Translations under genes and position numbers: made by a program
Assembly (NCBI RefSeq): GCF_006345805.1
Contig: NC_043014.1
Coordinates: 37,572,001 to 37,636,000 of the forward strand
DNA length: 64,000 nt
Direction of reading: 5' to 3'
Source: Octopus sinensis
Taxonomy: Eukaryota
Shown: in pieces, positions 39,353-54,705 of the stretch
Numbering within the stretch: position 1 is the stretch's first letter
Layout: the number at the start of each line of letters is the position of its first letter
Notes under the pieces: model-generated
What the model saw: only the letters and a program-made list of their open reading frames with translations
Databases searched by the model: none
What the model was told of the DNA's origin: nothing

Positions 39353-42300
39353 CCACCACTACCACCATGACCAGCACCCATCACAACCACCACCACTACC
39401 ACCCATCAATCAGCTATTAAGAACACAAGGGACCACCACCACCACCCACCACCACCATCACCACCATCACCAACAGCAACACCACCACCAACACCACCAA
39501 CACCAACACCACCACTACCACCCATCACTCGGTTATTAAGAACACAAGGGACCACCACCACCCACCACCCACCACCACCATCACCACCACTCACCACCAC
39601 CATCACCACCACCAACCACCACCAACAGCAACACCACCACCACCACCACCACCACCCATCACCACCACCACAACAGCAACAACACCAACACCCCCACCAA
39701 CCACACCACCACCAACCACCACCACCACCACCACCACCACCACCACCACCACCACCACCACACCACCATCACCACCACCAACAGCAACACCACCACCACC
39801 ACCACCACCACCCATCACTCAGCTATTAAGAACACAAGGAACTTATATTTCACAGTGCGTTTAATTTGAAACAGTGTATCGTTTCTAAACAATAACAAAC
39901 ATGTGTGTTTATGTAAAGGGTCCTTTATCATCCTTTTTTTTTATTTTTTGGTTCACTTGGGTTGGTTGTCGTCTTCTTTTTCTTGCAAAGGTGGGGAGCA
40001 TCATTTATATTTGGATGTGGGTTTCTTTTACTGGAGTTTGTTTTCTTTGGAATGGGTTGCCCTTTGTGAGCAGGTTGCTTTTGTTTATTTTTCACACTTT
40101 TTTTTGTGTTAATTGTTATTTGGTAGCAGAGGTAGGGCAGTTATTTCAGGGGTTGTTATTGTTGTTTAGTCTTGGGTTAGCTGTAATTAAATGGTTCTAT
40201 GATCAAAGACATTCTAGCCATGGCTGTCTCATAAATTTCCTTCGTGCGCAAAAAAACCAGGGCAGGAGCATGTGGCCTAGTAGTTAGGGTGTTGCTCTTG
40301 TGATTGTACGATGGTGATTTCAATTCCCAAACCAGATGGTCTGTTTTGTTCCTGAGCAAAACCCTTCATTTCATGTTGATCCAGTCCATTCAGCTGTAAC
40401 TGAGTTCTAGTAACAGCTGCTGGGAAGGTACCCTGTGATGGACTGGTGTCTTGTTCAGTGGTGAGGGAATGTAATCTACGAACGAAGACATTCTAACAAT
40501 CACTGTTCCATCATTTCCCCTCGTGCACAAGAACTAGGGCAAGGGCACATTGCCTAGTTATTTGTGAGTTCCAGCAACAGTTGGGAAGTTAACCCTGTGA
40601 TGGACTGGTGTCTGTGAAGTGGCTGGGAGTGCNNNNNNNNNNNNNNNNNNNNNNNNNNNNNNNNNNNNNNNNNNNNNNNNNNNNNNNNNNNNNNNNNNNN
40701 NNNNNNNNNNNNNNNNNNNNNNNNNNNNNNNNCCACCACCACCACACCACCACCATCACCACAACCAACAGCAACACCACAACCACTACCACCACCACAC
40801 CACCACCACCCACCACCAACACCACCACACCACAACCACCACCACCATCACCACCACCAACAGCAACACCAACACCACCACCACACCACCCACACTCAGC
40901 TATTAAGAAACAAGGAACTTATATTTCACAGTGCGTTTAATTTGAACACAGTGTACGTTTCTAAACAATAACAAACTGTGTGTTTATGTAAAGGGTCCTT
41001 ATCATCCTTTTTTTTTATTTTTTGGTTCACTTGTTGGTTGTCGTATTCTTTTCTGCAAAAGGTGGGAGCATCATTTATATTTGGAATGTGGGTTTCTTTT
41101 ACTGGAGTTTGTTTTCTTGAATGGGTTGCCCTTGTGAGCAGGTTGCTTTTGTTTATTTTTCACACTTTTTTTTGTGTTAATTGTATTTGGTAGCAGAGGT
41201 AGGGCCAGTTATTTCAGGGGTTGTTATTGTTGTTTAGTCTTGGGTTAGCTGTAATTAAATGGTTTCTATGTCAAAGACATTCTAGCCATGGCTGTCTCAT
41301 AAATTCCTCGTGCGCAAAAAAAAACCAGGGCAGGAGGCATGTGGCCTAGTAGTTAGGGTGTTTTGCTCTGTGTGATTGTCGATGGTGATTTCAATTCCCA
41401 AACCAGATGGTCTGTTTTTTCCTGAGCAAAACCCTTCATTTCATGTGATCCAGTCCATTCAGCTGTAACGAGTTCTAGTAACAGCTGCTGGGAAGGTACC
41501 CTGTGATGGACTGGTGTCTTGTTCAGTGGTGAGGGAATGTAATCTACGAACGAAGACATTCTAACAATCACTGTTCCATCATTTCCCCTCGTGCACAAGA
41601 ACTAGGGCAAGGGCACATTGCCTAGTTATTTGTGAGTTCCAGCAACAGTTGGGAAGTTAACCCTGTGATGGACTGGTGTCCTGTGAAGTGGCTGGGAGTG
41701 CTGTAATTTCAGCTTACAGTCCCGTTTTAAGGGTATGTCTGTAATTATTCTATCTAATGTGACCTTCCCTTATTTTAAGACTGTAGTTGAGATTTGAAAT
41801 AGAAACTGAAAGGAAGATTTGGCTGTTATTTCTAACAACCAGAATAACCATATTTAGGCTCATGATGGGCCTAAAAGAAATTAGGACCACATTATCCAAT
41901 GTTACTATTCCTAAAATAGTGATATGAATTGATGAAAATTTGGGTATTATTCCTAGCTGTTTGTGTGGAGGTTAGTTGTTTTCAGTGGCGGCTTGCTTTT
42001 AGTAGATGATGGTTTTTTGTGGTGGAGGTTGATTTTAAGGTTGGGTTGTTTATTGTGAGGTTGTTGCTTTTTTTTGCATGGAAGTTTTTTTTTATTGGAG
42101 GTTTGTTTTTCAGTAGAGGTTGTTTTTAGTGGAGATTGGTTGTTGATGGAGGTTGGGTTTTGGATTCAATTGTTTGTTATGTGGCTCTCAGTTTTTTTTG
42201 TTTTTTGCCTGGAGGTTCGTTTTTCCAGTAGATGTTGTTTTTAGTGGAGGTTGGTTCTTGGTGGATAATAGACGCAGGAGTGGCTGTGGGGTAAGTAGCT

Positions 42301-42508
42301 TGCTTACCAACCACATGGATTAGGGTTAAGTCCCACTGCATGGCAACTTGGGCAAGTGTTTGTTCTACTATAGCCTTGGGTGACCAAAGCCTTGTGAATG
42401 GATTGTAGACAGAAACGAAAGAAGCCGTTGTACATAAATATATCATCATCACATCGTTTAACGTCCGTTTTCCATGCTAGATGGGTATTATGTATATAGA
42501 TATCTGTA

Positions 42509-42539
<31 letters not shown>

Positions 42540-42553
42540 TAATATATATATAG

Positions 42554-42584
<31 letters not shown>

Positions 42585-44949
42585 AAGGCATATATATATA
42601 TATTATATATTATTATAAAAGGCATATATATATATATAATATATATATCTCTTATTATAAAAGGCAGATTTTATCTGCCTCCCTTGGGAGTTAACAAATC
42701 TACAATATAGGATTTCTTCAAGTACAATTTACCTAGCATTTTTAAGAGTACAATGCATCGCGTCATGCCAGGTCCAGTTTTTTAAATTTAAACTCCAATT
42801 AAGCAAAATTTAAAGAAAACTCACATTCTGGTGTGTGTGTCAAATGCTTTTCTTAGTCTGGTTTACACCACACGCAAACGCACACACACAGTGGGCAACG
42901 TATAAAATGAAAGTAATTCACTTACTGTAGTGAGTGATTCTTTCACTCTGCCTCCCACTTCCTATTTCCACACATTGACACGCAAATATATAAATAAAAT
43001 TGTAAGCTAACGTGCGTGTGTGTGAGTGTGTGTGTGTGTGTGCGTGTGTGTGTGTGTGAGGGTGCGTGTGTGTGTGTGTATGTGTGCGTGTGTGTGAGTG
43101 TAGGCTCATACATACATATATACATAGATAAGACAGTAAGGTGTGATTTGGGGGAAAATTTGGATGCTATTTCTACCAGGTCTAGCTACCATGTAGAGGT
43201 CCCCCTCATGGCTCATATATATATACATACATAAGACAGTAAGGTGTGATTTGAGGGAGATTTGGCTGCTGTCTACCAGGTCTGTTAGGCCTTCTCATGT
43301 AAACTCAAGCTTTCTCATGCCTGAACATAAGACCAAAGCAGAGAATGTATTCTTTTTTCTTCTGCTTTTTCCAGCCATTGGTCTGTGGCCATGGGGGCAA
43401 TGCCTTGAAGAATTGTAGTTTAATGAATCAACTCCAGTTTTTTTTGTAAGCATTGTACTTATTCTATCTGTTTCCTTTGTCAAACCACTAGGTGACAGGG
43501 ATGTAAACAAACCAACATTCGTTGTCAAGCAGTGGTGGAGGACAATCACAAGCACAGACACGCACAACACACACATACATGCATACACATATACACATAT
43601 ACATACATACATATATATATATGTGTGTATATATATATTGCAGCGTGGAAGGTGTTGTAAGCCATTTAAGAAACACACAAAAACCGTACATTCACTTCAA
43701 CATTAAATTTAATTTGCCAAAATATTTCGTCGCTTTGAGACCGCGACCTGTTCACTGACAAAAATATCGTTGCTAACAGGTCGCGGTCTCAAAGCGACGA
43801 AAATATTTTGACAAATTAAATTTAAATGTTGAAGTGAATCTAACGGTTTTTGTGTGTTTCTTAAATGGCTTATAAACACCTTCAATGCTGCAACTGTTTC
43901 GTTCCAGCACACGATCTCAGATCAAGTCACTTGCTATGCAAGTACATCTCTGTAACTATTATATATTTATATAATATATATATGTATATTGGTTAAAAAC
44001 AGAAGATAAACAAAAGAAGAAAGAGGACCTCAAATTATGTAAATAGAGGAAATCTTTATATATAAAAGTGAGGGTTGTGTGTTGTCTCCACGATTTAGAT
44101 TCCTAACTACTCCCACATTTTGCGGTGCAGTTTAACCAAAACCGGGTATCTTATAGTCGTGATTCATATCGAGACCGTCTGGGTATTGAGCGCGCGTCTA
44201 CGATGAGTCTACGATTTAAAAAAAAATTACCATCAATTTTTCCCATTTTAATCCATTTTTGACATATATAAGGGAAGTAACTCTCTAAAATTATTATTAA
44301 ATCTCAGAACGTAAAAAGCTACAGTAAAAACCCCCCCCCTTTGTGGTTAGCCATATGACATGGCTATTATACTTTACATCTCTAAAAATGCTTATATAAT
44401 TATTTCCTTACAAACCCGAGCAACGCCGGGGCGATATTATGCTAGTATATTATAAAAGGCAGATTTTATCTGCCTCCCTTTGTCAGTTATAGAAATCTAC
44501 AATATAGGATTTCTTCCATTACAATTTACCTAGCATTTTTAAGAGTAGAATGCATCGGGTCATGCCAGGTCCAGTTTTTAAATTTAAACTCCAATTAAGC
44601 AAATTACAGAAAACTCACATTCTGGTGTGTATGTCAAATGCTTTTCTTAGTCTGGTTTACAGCACACGCAAACGCACACACACAGTGTGCAACGAATAAA
44701 GTGAAAGTAATTCAGTGTGTTGACAGGTAGACAATAGAATGCGATGACGATGGCGATGTAATATTTGTTTCTGTCTATGACGCTGATAGATACATGAGTA
44801 AAATGTATGGGAAGCTAAGACATAAGAGTGAGTGAAAATGTTCTTGGAAGAGAGTAAATAGCGAGAGAGAGTGATTTGAGGAAGACTTTACATTAAATAA
44901 CCGTAGTGGCTTGTGTTAGTAATAAAGTAAACATACACTCATACATACA

Positions 44950-44983
<34 letters not shown>

Positions 44984-45068
44984 CATACACACACACACAC
45001 ACATACACACACATACATACATACACACACACATACATACATACACACATACATACATATACATACAT

Positions 45069-45099
<31 letters not shown>

Positions 45100-45335
45100 T
45101 ACACACACACACAGTATTGAAGCTTGAGAACAATCAGATACATTTGCAACACATCTGTTGAAAATATTATTGTTCACACACATACATATACATATATACA
45201 TACAGACAGACAGACAGATAGACACACACACACACACACATGATCCAGCATGGCCACAACCTCAAGGCTGAAACATATAAAAGAATAACAGAATATAAAT
45301 GTGTGTATGTGTGTGAGAGAGAGAGAGTGTGTGTG

Positions 45336-45367
<32 letters not shown>

Positions 45368-48079
45368 TATATATATAATAATGCGGTTTTTTCAACAGCT
45401 TGAACTAAAAGTCAGAGGGGAATGGGATATAAACTACTTATATTAACTTGTTAAAAAGCAGGTAGTAATTTTATCTTGTCCTTATTCATAGTGCAAGTTT
45501 TGAAGAGTGCATTTCGATTTTAACAGCTATTTTTTCAAAGCTATGTTGGAAGTAACAAAGGAGCATATTGGCATATTTTGCTTTATGAGTTCAATAAAGA
45601 CAACAACGCAACGGAAAGTACAAGAAATATTAATGCAGTATATGGGGATTGGACAATAAGCGTAAGGCAGTGTCAATGGTGGTGGTTCCAGAAATTCTGA
45701 GCCATAAATACAGCCTAGAAGACGAGCCTCATCCTGAAAGATCTGTAGAACTCGACAAGGACATCCTGAAAACCCTGGGGAACAAAATCTCATCGTAACT
45801 GTTGAGGAACTAGCAGAGAAGCTTGGATTTGGTCATTCAACCATTCATTGAGACCTGTGTGCTATCGGAAAAGTCAGCAAATTGGGTCAATGGGTTCCTC
45901 ACGAACTTTCCGAGTCTAATTGCATGCAGAGAGTGAATGTATGCTTTTCTTTGCTGTCACATCTCACCACTACTGCGCTATGTATATCTATATATATAAA
46001 ACTGTAGTTGTGTGAGTGTCTGTCCCCTTCGATTTAGATCCTAACTACTCCCACATTTTGCGGTGCAGTTTAACCAAATTCGGGTAGCTTATAGTCGTGA
46101 TTCATATCGAGCCCGTCTGAGTATTAGCGCGTGTCTACGATGAGTCTACGATTTTAAAAATAATTTAACATAATTTTTTATTCCATTTTAATGCATAATT
46201 TTTGTGTGTCGATGGCGGCGGAGTAGTGGCGTCCACGCTCACACCTGCACCTGTGGGGAAGGGAGTGTAAGGAAATCAACGTCGTAATGCGTTGTCAAGG
46301 AGACCAGCGTTCTTTTAGAACAACGACTTCATGGCTTGAAGACACAAAACAGAAATGGCTAAGAAAGCGTCTACATGAGTCTACGATTTAAAAAAAAATT
46401 TACCATCGTTTTTTTTCCATTTTAATGCATTTTTTCGCTATTATATAAGGGAAGTAACTCTCTAAAAATGTCTACAATGAGTCAACGATTTAAAAAAAAT
46501 TACCATCATATTTTTTCCATTTTTAATGCATTTTTTGCTATTTTTTTGCTATAACTCTCTAAAAATGCTTATATAGTTATTTCCCTTACAAACCCGAGCA
46601 ACGCCGGGCGATACTGCTAGTATATATATATATACAAAATCAGAAAATGGAGAAATACATCTAAATCATTAATCAACTACCAGATAATACCCAATCACAT
46701 ACTTTATTGAACCACTACATAAGAACATAAGGTTAAAATAAAAAAATATATAACAAAACAGCGTACATGAATGAGTAATACAATACTATAGGTACAATCA
46801 TTATAAGAGGATATAAATAAATAAATATAAATAGATATAAATATAAATATACACTATATCTTACAGCTGTTTCGGCCATGCAGATAAATATATCTCATTT
46901 TAACAATATTAGCCATGTATAGTATGTCAATATGAAGTTAAAAATGAGACATTTACAAAGATATCTTAAGGCCTCTTCGGAGATTCTAAAGTATAAACCA
47001 AATTACATATATACTCATATAAGTGTGGGTACATACCCATAATAAATCATTTACATATATATATGAGTGCATATACTCATACTCTTATACATACACATAT
47101 ACATATACATAATAATACAAATAATATAAATCAATAAAATATATATATGTTCCATATTCAATGATTTTCAACTTAATATTAAAATATTACAACGTAGAGA
47201 GCATATATATAATATATGTGTGTGTGTGTGTGTGTATATGTTTGTGTGTCTGTGTTTGTCCCCCCAACATCACTTGATAACCGATGCTGGTGTGTTTACG
47301 TCCCCGTAACTTAGGGGTTCAGCAAGAGAGACTGATAGAATAAGTACTAAGCTTACAAAGAATAAGTCCTGGGATGATTTGTTCGACTAAAGGCAGTGCT
47401 CCAGCATGGCTGCAGTCAAATGACTGAAACAAATAAAAGAATAAAAGAAAAAGAAAGAATATTTTTTGGATTGGGTTGTTCATTGTCTTATTGCATGGAG
47501 GTTCGTTTTTTATAGGAGGTTGTTTTTAGTGGGGGGTTGGTTTTTGGTGGACAATGGTTTCTGGTTCGGATTATTTAGTGTGCGACTTTTTTTGTGTGGA
47601 GGTTGGTTTTTAGTTGAAGTTGTTTTTAGTGGAGGCTGGCTTTTTGGTGGATATTATGTGGTGTGGAAAGGTGTGTCCTATAGTAGTGTGGGAAGTTGTG
47701 CGATGTTGTGGGAAGTGGTATGATATGATGTAAGTTTGTGTGGAGCAGTGTGTTCTGTAGCATGGTGTGGAGTGGCATGGAGTGGTGTGGAGTGATGCAG
47801 AGTAGTGCGCAGTGGTGCAGCCCTACATGGAGTGGTATAGAGTGGTGCACAGTGGAGCAGTACAGTGTTAAGTGTTGCAGAGTGGTGTAGAGTAGTGTGT
47901 TCTGTAGTGTGTTGTGGAGTGGTATGCTGCTGTTTAGCTCCAGCCCGACCCTAATTGTGCAGATCAATGATTAAAGGTCTTCAAGCCACCATCTTCTCTT
48001 TGTTTTAGGGGTAGGTCTGTAACTATTTCATCCAATGTGACCTTCCCTTATTTTAAGATTGTAGTTGTACTTTGAAACA

Positions 48080-48137
<58 letters not shown>

Positions 48138-48266
48138 AGAGAAAGAAAGAGATTTGACTGTTATTTCTTGCAGACTGAATAACCATGTAGAGGCTCTCCT
48201 GCTAACTCATTTGGTACGATGGGTAGGGTAAGAATGTGTGCGTGTGTGTGTGTTTGTGTGTGTGTG

Positions 48267-48315
<49 letters not shown>

Positions 48316-48843
48316 GTGTCCTGTTGTCTCTTGTACATGAGGAGTTGCAGTGTCATGAAAGTGTTCCATTATAAAAGGTCAAGTTTTGAATGGGAATGAA
48401 ATTCACATGAGAGTTATTATGAATATTTTCTTCAATTCATTCTGGACACACACACACACACACACACAACCTACATACATAAATACATACATACATACAT
48501 ACATACATACATACATACATACATACATACATACATACAATTATGGCTTCTACTATAATTAGTTACCAATTAGAGGATTCTGTCTCCTCCCTCTCTTGCC
48601 CCTACCCTAGCCTCATCATCCTCCTTTCCGCCACCTCCTGCAGAACCCCTGCTGCTCATGTTTTTGTTTCTTCAGGACTTTAAAAGAAGATTTAACAAAA
48701 GGGATATTGAAACACTTTTTTTGTCTTTGTTGTGGATGTGTGTCTGTATGTGTAGTAGTTTGTGTCTGTCTGATTATTGTCAGTATGTATGTATGTATGT
48801 ATGTATGTATGTATGTATGTGTATGTATGTATGTATGTATGTA

Positions 48844-48874
<31 letters not shown>

Positions 48875-50265
48875 TGTGTGTGTGTGTGTGTGTGTCTCTT
48901 TGATATGCTGTGTACCCTCTGTCTATATATTTGTATAGGTGTGTGTCTACAGCACTTTGTGTACATGTACATACATACATATACCCCTCCCCCTCACACA
49001 TATATACATATATGTATATATACATATTTATATACACAAATATATATACATACACACATATATATATACACACATATATATAGACACATATACATACACA
49101 CACACATATATAGACATATATATACGCATACATACAACACATACACACACACACACATATGCACACATGTACACACACATGCACACTCACACACACACAC
49201 ACACACACATATATCTGTGTATATACTTATCTATATGTGTGTGTGTGTGTGAGTGCATGTGTGTGTGTGCATGTGTATGTGTGTGAATGTCTGTGTTATC
49301 TTTGTGTGGCTGGCTGGTTGTCTGGATGGCTGGTTGTCTGGCTGGCAGTATTACTTTGTATGTAAAGCCTTGACTACAAAAGTTTAATAATGGTACTCAA
49401 TGGTACCTATTCTCTGTTGACTTCAAACCACCACCACCACCGCCACCGCCGCCACCACCACCAAAACCACCACCTACACCACCACCACCACCATCTACAC
49501 ATCCAGCCTCATACACAAGGTTAATAATATATAACCATTTATGTTGTCACAGTAAAAAATGACATGACAAAAAGCTTCTGAGACACAGTAGTGATGTGTT
49601 GTTTACAAAGATTAGAAAGTAAAACACTCACGACTTGGTTTCAGATCAAAGTGAAAGAAGATTAATAAGTTGTATTTCAAGTTATGGTAATTATAATTTT
49701 TCTAGATTTCTACTTCTTTTCACAACATGAGCCAACAAAGGAACTTTGAGGTGAACTCTCAATTTTGGGTTTCATTTTGTTTTACTCTTTACTCTTTACT
49801 CTTTTACTTGTTTCAGTCATTTGACTGTGGCCATGCTGGAGTACTGCCTTTAATCGAGCAACTCGACCCCGGGACTTATTCTTTTGTAAGCCCAGTACTT
49901 ATTCTATCGGTCTCTTTGCCGAACCGCTAAGTAACGGGGTCATAAACACACCAGTATCGGTTGTCAAGCAATGCTAGGGGGACAAACACAGACGCACAAA
50001 CATACACACACACACACACACACCACACACACACACACACACACCACACACACACACACAACAACACACACATATATATATATATATATATGACGGGCTT
50101 CTTTCAGTTTCCGTCTACCAAATCCACTCACAAGGCTTTGGTCGGCCCGAGGCTATAGTAGAACACACTTGCCCAAGGTGCCACACAGTGGGAATGAACC
50201 CGGAAGCATGTGGTTGGTAAACAAGCTACTTACCACACAGCCACTCCTAGTGGGACTGAACCCAG

Positions 50266-50296
<31 letters not shown>

Positions 50297-53200
50297 GTTT
50301 AACGTCCGTTTTCCGTTCTCTTATTTGATTCAGTCATTTGACTGCAGCCATGCTGGAGCACTGCCTTGAAGGGTTTTAGTTAAAAAAATCAGCCCAGAGC
50401 TTATTATTCATAAGCCTAGTACTTATTTTATTGGACTCTTTTACTGAACTGCTAAGTTACAGGAACATAAACGCACCAGCTTTTATTGTCAAGTGATGGC
50501 AGGCGGAAAAACACAGACAGACAGACAGATACACACTCTCATACACACACACACACACACACACAAATATATACATATATACATATACATATATACAATG
50601 GGCTTCTTTCAGTTTCTGTCTACCAAATCTATTCACAAGGCTTTGGTTATCCTGAACTATAGTAGAAACAGTTGCCCAAGGTGCCATGCAGTGGGACTGA
50701 ACCCTGGAACCATGTGGTTGGGAAGCAAGTTTCTTACCACATATCCATGCCTGCTTAACCATATTTCTGTTAAGATACAATATCTTTGTTTCAATTAATT
50801 TTGAAATTTATGAGAAAATTAGTAAAATAACTTTGTAATTATTAATCTGGTGTTTGTAACATAAATTAGCCTGAAATTTTGATGGAAAGGTTTTAAATTT
50901 AAATTGCTTTAAAACATGAAGTTTTTATTATAGAACGAACGGTGGTTTCAGACAGGTTGGCATCAAAGGGGTTAAGCTGTTTCAAGTAAACACTCTTGCA
51001 GGGAAGAGAAAGACATGAGCATGGAGGGAGATGCAGAGGGATGATATTCTGGGGAGAAAAGACCAGATGTAGTGGTTTACGTTGGGCCTGGTAGTGGGTG
51101 GGTGGGTGGGTGGATGGATGGGGGAGTAGACAGAATATGAGTGATGTGAGAGTGAGAGAAGTGAGTCAGATGTGCCTAAATGGAGGTGGTGACTCAGGAG
51201 CTGATGGCTATAAGGAGCAGAGGCCATTACTGTTGCAGTAGAAAAGGCAGAGATTATACGACCTCTTTAACCCTTTAGTGTTCAGATTATTCTATCAAAC
51301 ATAATACCTATTGATTCCCATTGATTTGAATCAATCATGCATTATCTCATATCTTCAAGATCTTGATGGTGCAATTACTTAATGTAGAATAACATTGTTG
51401 GGTTGGTGTGAGGGCCTGGATCTGGTCAGTTTGAACATAAAACAGATTAAATATTTTGGCCGGATATGGCCGGTCTAAATACTAAAGGGTTAAAGTGGTC
51501 AAGACTCAATTTAATTAGTGTAGATACTAATGCCAGAGTTTAAATTTCGATCACTAGATTTATACATCTTCGTTTAGGTGTTTATTTTTATTTATGATGA
51601 AAGTATGCTGTCTCTATGTATATATATCTCAACATCCAATTCCTTCATTCTTTATCGAGTGACATAACGGTATGGACGATTTGTTTTGGAGTCTCGCAAT
51701 GCCATATACGCCTATGAGGATTTACTTTCCCAATGAAACTCGGTTTTTTCCCAAACTTTTTCTCAAACCTGCTATAATGTGATACAAGTCTTTGGTGTGG
51801 TAATTGTACGTGCCTGAATAAGGCTTTTGATCTACCTGTTATATCAATTATGCATTGATATAAGTTGTTCAATAAAGCCCGAAACATATGTACCGTAAAA
51901 TCCTTTGCATCCTGTTTTTCTTTTGATACACGTATATATATATATATATATATATATTCTAGCATTCTACTGTGCTATGAATATTGTTTCCATCATCGAT
52001 CATCAGTCTTTTGAGTGTGTGTTATCTCCAGTGAGAAGTCTATTGTATTGCTATTTAGTATTAGTTTTCACAACTCGTCGGAAGTGAGTCACTTCCAGTT
52101 TGTATCTGGGATCGAGGTTGTTTTGTCTTCAGAAAAAGGGGTGGGATCCCTTTTGTGGTCCGTCTGTATCTCAGAAGACCTGCTGTCATCACCGAACGTT
52201 CTTCTTTGGTTATTTCATGTTTCTGCAAATGTGGCTTTGTTTCAATGTAACCAATTATCTGCTGCTTCTAGAACAATGAACTGACAAAGTTTTTTTCTAC
52301 TGTTGTTGCTTCATGTAGATTTCTAGGCAAGCTTAATTGTTCGGCCATGCTTAGTCATTTGGCCAAAACACCAACGCCAGTTGGTGTAAATACCAACACC
52401 AAAACATTGACACTGGGGTGTTAACACACCAACACTAGTTGTCAAGCTGTAGTGGTGGACAAACAATAACACACACACACACACATATATACAATGGGCT
52501 TCTTTCAGTTTCTGTCTACCTAATCCATTCACAAGGCTTTGGTCGGCCCAAGGCAATAGTAGAAGATAACTGCCCAAAGTGCCATGAATTGGGATTGAAC
52601 CTAGAACCATATGGTTAGGAAGCAAGCTTCTTACCACACAGCCAGGCCTGGAAAATATTATTAGACAATACATAACATATCCATACTGTTGCTGCTTCGT
52701 GTAGAAATCTCGGCAAGTGGGGTCACAATCACCACTGTGATAACAAAGACAAGCAATGGTTTAAATTTTTTGGAGCCATTTATATATATATACATACACA
52801 TATATACACTCTCATATATGTGTGTGTGTCTCCCAATCACCACTTAACAACTGGTGTTGGCATATTTATGTCCCCGTAACTTAGTGGTTCGGCAAAAGAG
52901 ACCAACGGAATAAGTACTAGGCTTTAAAGACTAAATTCCTGGGGGTCAATTTGTTCGACTGAAAACTTTTTAAGGTGGTGCTCCAGCATGGCCGCAGTCA
53001 AATGACTGAAACAGGTAAAAGGATAAAGGGCTAAAAGAATATTCTTGGAGTGAGGCATCTCTGTTCCTTTTTGTAACATGGGAATGGTAAGGTTGATGAG
53101 TTAGGCCTGGTCATTTTCACAAGGATTGAAGAATAAACTCAAACACTATTTGTCATGTTGCAGGATTTACAAGACAGGAAGCCTGTTGACCAGCTCTCAT

Positions 53201-54450
53201 CAACGACTGCTCAAGAAGCCTTTTTGAAAGAACTGTCCGCACTAAGAAAGGTAAATAAAAATATTTCTCTTTGTATATTTAATTGTAGATAAACTGTATT
53301 GTCTATGTTTTCATGAAAATTAGCTTGTATATCACTTATTTGTTAAATGTAAATAAATATATAGACCTACATGGAAACAATGAATGCCCATACAGAAAAA
53401 AAACCCACCAGTGGTAAAATCCCTATTTAGAAAAGCATTTAGATTCTCCGACCACAAACGAAGCAATGAATAAAGAAATAAAACAAACACTAGTCACTGA
53501 CTATTATAATTAACTAAAAGAAACCTTTGATATTCAAACTGACCATATCAGGCCCAAATATCCTACCTGTTTTATGTTCAAACTGGCCAGATTAGGCCTC
53601 TCACACCTACCTTGCAATGTCATTCTAAAAATATACAAACACATTACTGAAATCACAAAGCTACAAAAGCTTAGCTATGTTTTATAAATTTGAAACAATG
53701 TGAATAAATAAGTATTGGATTTGACAAAGCAATCTGAATGCTAAAGAATTAAACCTATTTTCTAACTTTTTTTATTACGCCATTTTTATTCTTTAATAGT
53801 CTTTGAAGATCCATATTTTGAACATCAGAGATTCACAATCCATAAAAATTTATTTTTAATTAGTATTTTTTTTTTGTTTTAAATTAGTGTTTATAAAAAT
53901 AACAGCTACTCTTTTCTTCTTTGCCTAAAATATATTTTGTATTGGGTTTGAAGTATATAAATATAAATAGTTTGCATTTCAAGTGACTAAATATATTTTG
54001 TTTTGTATTTGATGCATATAAATACATTTTGTTTGCTATCATAATTACGTTTTTGTCCTTAATAAATTCAAACAATAGGATTTTAGTTGTGAAAGTTAAA
54101 CAGTACATTGCTAATGCTTTCATATATTGGACACAAAATTTTTTTGTTATTTTGGAAACTAACATTGTTAAGCTATTGTAAGACACTTGTGTTTTCTGTC
54201 CAGGATTGAGATTATTGCTTTATATGTGTGTGTGTGTGTGTGTGTGTGTATACATATACATATATATATAATTATATAATATATATGTATATATAAATAT
54301 ATGTATATATATATATATATGTGTATATATATATATACATGTATACATGTATATATATATATATACATGTGTATATATATATGTGTGGTGTGTGTGTGTG
54401 TGTATATATATATATTTATATGTACATTATATATATATAATTATATAATA

Positions 54451-54487
<37 letters not shown>

Positions 54488-54666
54488 ATATATATATACA
54501 TGTATACATGTATATATATATATATATATACATGTGTATATATATATGTGTGTGTGTGTGTGTATATATATATATTTATATGTACATATGTATATATATA
54601 TTTACATGTATATATATATATGTACATGTATATGTGTATATATATGTATGTGTGTGTGTGTACATG

Positions 54667-54705
<39 letters not shown>

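Noticed and set aside
43890-43935. Hammerhead-like CTGAGA...GAAACAGTTGC on the minus strand
   Set aside because: Missing N7, no NUH triplet, helix III not palindromic
51975-52010. CTGATGA..GAAAC on the minus strand
   Set aside because: No credible helix I, II or III
51640-52290. Minus-strand non-repetitive ORF remnants, possibly a retroelement
   Set aside because: No diagnostic motif recognised; family cannot be assigned without a search
53884-54200. Possible second degenerate GIY-YIG fragment (YKAII...)
   Set aside because: Too decayed to support by eye
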